27,191 bases of DNA from a virus. Lineage: Duplodnaviria; Caudoviricetes. Within the stretch, counting starts at the first letter, position 1. Each line of letters starts with the position of its first letter. Shown piece after piece: positions 24,218 through 27,191 of this stretch. The DNA is taken from positions 1 to 27,191 of IMG/VR virus record IMGVR_UViG_3300020042_003422. One strand, 5' to 3'. The position numbers were made by a program, and so were the translations under genes. The notes under the pieces were generated by a model. That model was not told the origin of the DNA and did no database searches. It was given only the letters and a program-made list of their open reading frames with translations.

Positions 24218-24883
24218 ATGAATCTCAGCGACAAAATAACCATTACCAATGAAGATAATATGAAATTGATGGCTCGTTATCCTGATGGATATTTTGACCT
24301 TGCTATTGTTGACCCACCTTATGGGATTGGTGTAGCAAATAATTCAACCGGAACAATTATTCGTAATAAATCGGATAAAGATATTTTTGTAAAAAAAGAT
24401 TGGGATAAATCTATTCCTAATCAAGAATATTTCAATGAATTATTTAGAGTATCCACAAATCAAATAATATGGGGAGGCAATTATTTTTTAGATATTTTAG
24501 GATATTGTAAAGCGCCAATTATATGGGATAAATTAAATGGAGATAGTATGTATGCTGATGGTGAACTTGCTTGGACAAGTAAAGGATTACCAAAAAATTT
24601 AAAAATTTGGAGACATCAATGGTGTGGTGCTTTTAAGGATAGTGAAAGGGGAATGCAAAAATATCACCCCACACAAAAACCTGTTGCGCTTTACAAATGG
24701 ATTTTAGATAAGTACGCAAAGTCAGGCGACAAGATACTTGATACTCATTTAGGTAGTGGCTCAATAGCAATAGCTTGCCATGATTACGATTTTGAGTTAA
24801 CAGCGTGTGAATTGGATAAGGAATATTACGACAACGCAATAAAGCGAATTAAAAACCATATGGCTCAACAAAAATTATTTTAG
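24218..24883 (+). CDS. Orphan DNA adenine (N6/N4) methyltransferase, beta class
   Basis: Motif IV DPPY is N-terminal, followed by 'HPTQKP' and the C-terminal SAM-binding motif I 'DTHLGSGS'. No adjacent endonuclease. Confidence 0.9.
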   Translation: MNLSDKITITNEDNMKLMARYPDGYFDLAIVDPPYGIGVANNSTGTIIRNKSDKDIFVKKDWDKSIPNQEYFNELFRVSTNQIIWGGNYFLDILGYCKAPIIWDKLNGDSMYADGELAWTSKGLPKNLKIWRHQWCGAFKDSERGMQKYHPTQKPVALYKWILDKYAKSGDKILDTHLGSGSIAIACHDYDFELTACELDKEYYDNAIKRIKNHMAQQKLF

Positions 24884-24884
24884 T

Positions 24885-25175
24885 ATGGGATTACCAAAAG
24901 GACAAACCAATAACCCGAACGGGAGACCAGTAGGTTCTAAGTCTGAAAAGACAAAGCAATGGGAATCATTGGGTGAATCAATCACAGGTCAACAAGCCGA
25001 GCAGTTCAACGCATTCTTAGATAAGCTATGGGCAAGTCGCAATGATGAGGACAAAATGATTGCATCTGAACTTTACTTAAAGACTTTGGAATACTTCAAA
25101 CCAAAGCAGGCAAGAAATACCATTGTCGGAGATACCGACAACCCAGTGCAAATTATTATTAGTGATAAGTTATGA
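24885..25175 (+). CDS. Terminase small subunit-like protein
   Basis: N-terminal 'KGQTNNPNGRPVGSK', a helical body and C-terminal 'PVQIII' strand are typical of TerS. Confidence 0.55.
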   Translation: MGLPKGQTNNPNGRPVGSKSEKTKQWESLGESITGQQAEQFNAFLDKLWASRNDEDKMIASELYLKTLEYFKPKQARNTIVGDTDNPVQIIISDKL

Positions 25176-25402
25176 GAGCTATTATAGAATTCGACCTTGA
25201 TGAGCCAACAGACATTGAGGCGCATAAGCGTTTCACCAACTTGAATGCGGTATACATTGCGTTATGGGACTTTGACCAATTGATGAGGTCACAAATCAAG
25301 TACAACTCTGAGAACTATTCAGGTGAGCAACTTGACGCACTGGATAAACTTCGTGATAAATTTTACGAGATACTTAATGATAATCAAATCAAGATTGACT
25401 GA
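25172..25402 (+). CDS. Hypothetical phage protein (76 aa)
   Basis: 'MRAIIEFDL...LWDFDQLMRSQIKY'. Coupled overlaps on both sides. Confidence 0.65.
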   Translation: MRAIIEFDLDEPTDIEAHKRFTNLNAVYIALWDFDQLMRSQIKYNSENYSGEQLDALDKLRDKFYEILNDNQIKID

Positions 25403-25608
25403 TGACTGCAAAGAAGAAAGCTCAAGACATTTATGATAAAGTCTATGATGGGATGGGTAATGGTGTGCCAAAAAAGTATGTACTCAAATGCGCCACGATT
25501 TTCATTGATGAAATGATTGATTATTTAGCTGAATGGGCAGATGAGGATGGTGCTGCACTGCACGTTATTTACTTATCACAAGTTAAAAATGAAATAATAA
25601 AATTATGA
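25402..25608 (+). CDS. Hypothetical phage protein (68 aa)
   Basis: 'MTAKKKAQDIYDK...CATIFIDE...VKNEIIKL'. TGATG coupling. Confidence 0.65.
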   Translation: MTAKKKAQDIYDKVYDGMGNGVPKKYVLKCATIFIDEMIDYLAEWADEDGAALHVIYLSQVKNEIIKL

Positions 25609-25784
25609 TGGATCAAGACCAAGCAAAAGAAACTGCCAAGCACACCTACACTATGTGCATTCTCTTTGGTATGTGGTTGAAAGAACCAGCGCAACGCAAA
25701 CGACTTTCAAAGGTGGATGCATCACAACTATTTGATGAATGGATCAATAAAGTATTGGAGGAGATGAACAATGCAAAAGATTAA
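25605..25784 (+). CDS. Hypothetical protein (59 aa), not in the ORF track
   Basis: MMDQDQAKETAKHTYTMCILFGMWLKEPAQRKRLSKVDASQLFDEWINKVLEEMNNAKD. ATGA overlap; fills the gap. Confidence 0.6.
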   Translation: MMDQDQAKETAKHTYTMCILFGMWLKEPAQRKRLSKVDASQLFDEWINKVLEEMNNAKD

Positions 25785-26349
25785 AGTATCCATTGACTAT
25801 AACACCATTACGGTGAAACAATATGTTGACTTCCTGAATAATGAAGGAAACGATATTGGTCAAGTGTCCGCAATTCTCGGACAATCAAAAGACTTTGTGC
25901 GTCAGCTTACACCTGAGGATATGGAGAAAGTTATCAATGGCTTTAGAGATGTCATTGCTAATCCATTGGCAAACCATCAACACAAATGGAATGGGTATGG
26001 GTTCATCCCTGACATCAATAAGATTTCATTTGGAGAATGGTTGGACCTTGATACGAATTGCAAGGACTTTCCAAAGAATCTACCAAAGCTATTGTCTATC
26101 CTTTACCGTCCTATCTTATCCGAGATTGGAACGAAATATAAAATTGAGCAGTACACCGCCGACCATTTGAGTAATGCGAAAGACTTTGAGTCAATGCCTT
26201 TGTCCATTGCAAATGGTGCGTTGCTTTTTTTTTCGACTATCGAAAGCGAATTGGTGACCACTTCCCTCTCGTATTTAGAACAACAGATTCAGCAGAACTT
26301 GACGAAGGCGATGGAGACGATGGAGGAAGCGTTGCAACAAGCGAACTAG
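25771..26349 (+). CDS. Tail assembly chaperone-like protein (zero-frame product)
   Basis: 'YGFIPD...ISFGEWLDLD...LSILYRP' motif, with a T9 slippery tract at 'LFF'. Confidence 0.6.
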   Translation: MQKIKVSIDYNTITVKQYVDFLNNEGNDIGQVSAILGQSKDFVRQLTPEDMEKVINGFRDVIANPLANHQHKWNGYGFIPDINKISFGEWLDLDTNCKDFPKNLPKLLSILYRPILSEIGTKYKIEQYTADHLSNAKDFESMPLSIANGALLFFSTIESELVTTSLSYLEQQIQQNLTKAMETMEEALQQAN

Positions 26350-26516
26350 CTGAACGCTATGGATGGTTTCACGTCATCGAAGAGTTAGCTGATAGGGATG
26401 TTACAAAGTTCGATGCAATAACTGAGACACAAGCGTCTACCATCTTTGCACACTTATCGTATCGCATAGATTATTACAACTTTCAAAAGCAATTGCTGTC
26501 TAAAACGGACCATTAA
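26232..26516 (+). CDS. -1 frameshift extension of the tail assembly chaperone (94 aa)
   Basis: The -1 frame is open from the T9 tract to TAA at 26514-26516 with no ATG: FDYRKRIGDHFPLVF...AERYGWFHVIEELADRDVTKFDAIT... Confidence 0.7.
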   Translation, partial: FDYRKRIGDHFPLVFRTTDSAELDEGDGDDGGSVATSELAERYGWFHVIEELADRDVTKFDAITETQASTIFAHLSYRIDYYNFQKQLLSKTDH

Positions 26517-26517
26517 A

Positions 26518-26525
26518 GCTACTTA
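26518..26525 (+). promoter_or_regulatory. Candidate phage late-promoter element GCTACTTA
   Basis: Identical to 7028-7035. It lies 6 nt before the ATG at 26532. Confidence 0.35.
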
Positions 26526-26531
26526 AATAAT

Positions 26532-27002
26532 ATGAGCGATTCATCACTTTATACATACAACGTAGTCATTGGTAAATTTGAGCAATTCTCAAATAGCCAC
26601 TCACTCCTTCGCAGGTTCACACACGGACAAATATCCCAAGCTGACTTGGAAAAGGAGGGTGAATGGCCTTGGATGCACGTCACACCAACATCATTTAGCT
26701 TTGATTCAGGTGCCTTAACGTATTCCTTTGATATTTATTTTGCTGATCTTCCGAGAGATAAGGAGGAAAAGACGGAATATCAAAGGCAGTCAATGAGTGA
26801 GTGCATCCAGTTGGCAGGTGACTTTGTAGCCATGCTGGAGAATGGGAGCATCTTTGATGAGTCGGTAGTCTTGGGTAAGCCAATAAGCGCACAACCTTTT
26901 ATAGAAGAGTTTAGCCACGTGCTAACAGGTGTGCAATTGTCCATTGACATCACAGTTGACTATCAGTGGAATGCGTGTATTATTCCTTACATAGGCGAAT
27001 AA
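26532..27002 (+). CDS. Tail completion/terminator-like protein
   Basis: Acidic 156-aa protein with 'WPWMHV', 'PFIEEF...LTG' and C-terminal 'CIIP'. It heads a structural gene block. Confidence 0.5.
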   Translation: MSDSSLYTYNVVIGKFEQFSNSHSLLRRFTHGQISQADLEKEGEWPWMHVTPTSFSFDSGALTYSFDIYFADLPRDKEEKTEYQRQSMSECIQLAGDFVAMLENGSIFDESVVLGKPISAQPFIEEFSHVLTGVQLSIDITVDYQWNACIIPYIGE

Positions 27003-27191
27003 TGAAGAAGCTTCAATACACAACCAATGATCCTGCAGCCTCTACCGATTACTTGGCAGGGGACAACACGTGGAAGACAATACCAGGCGGTGGCGGCGGT
27101 GGAATTACTTCATTGAATTCATTAACTGGTGCAACACAAACATTTGCGACTGGTAACGCAGGTACTGACTTTGCAATATCATCAGTAGGTA
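27002..27191 (+). CDS. Tail fibre-like protein, 3'-truncated by the window edge
   Basis: TAATG coupling. MKKLQYTTNDPAASTDYLAGDNTWKTIPGGGGGGITSLNSLTGATQTF... contains fibre-type 'YLxGDxTW' and 'ITSLNxLTG' motifs. Confidence 0.55.
   Translation, partial: MKKLQYTTNDPAASTDYLAGDNTWKTIPGGGGGGITSLNSLTGATQTFATGNAGTDFAISSVG

Noticed and set aside
1-27191. Stop-codon reassignment, integrase/att site, DGR or anti-CRISPR cassette
   Set aside because: Genes are intact in the standard code and TAA, TGA and TAG all serve as stops. I saw no integrase, reverse transcriptase or TR/VR pair, and the small early ORFs have no features that justify an Acr call.

Overview
This window is a 27.2-kb slice of a tailed dsDNA phage (Caudoviricetes, siphovirus-like), read in the standard genetic code. 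The host is very probably a Bacteroidota (Flavobacteriia-like): promoters follow TTG-N19-TAnnTTTG and start sites are A-rich without Shine-Dalgarno motifs. There are three blocks. (1) 1-14951 (+) holds virion and lysis genes: tail-tip proteins, a short tape-measure-like protein, XkdF-type protease, scaffold, major capsid, tail tube, a 771-aa extended portal, a head-tail adaptor, holin, M15A endolysin, a metallophosphoesterase and a spanin-like overlapping pair. (2) 14917-21619 (-) is an early/replication arm with small ORFs, an SSB-like protein, an HTH protein, a DnaA-C-terminal-domain protein, an initiator-like protein and a PAPS-reductase-family protein; unusually it also carries the large terminase and a DUF5565/RLIG1-like RNA ligase. 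(3) 21776-27191 (+) holds a VRR-NUC nuclease, an ECF-like sigma factor, a ~480-nt non-coding RNA locus, an adenine methyltransferase, a small-terminase-like gene, a tail chaperone with a -1 frameshift extension, a tail-completion gene and the start of a fibre-like gene. The most intriguing part is the non-coding locus at 23343-23800: a promoter, a terminator/antiterminator leader, a Leu-like tRNA mimic with no paired anticodon arm, and a multi-stem RNA with loop-loop complementarities. Other highlights are a possible RNA-repair set (ligase plus phosphoesterase), an A11 slippery tract separating the portal core from two appended domains, and a hidden G/GT-type frameshift. All family assignments come from motif recognition by eye; no database searches or folding programs were run.
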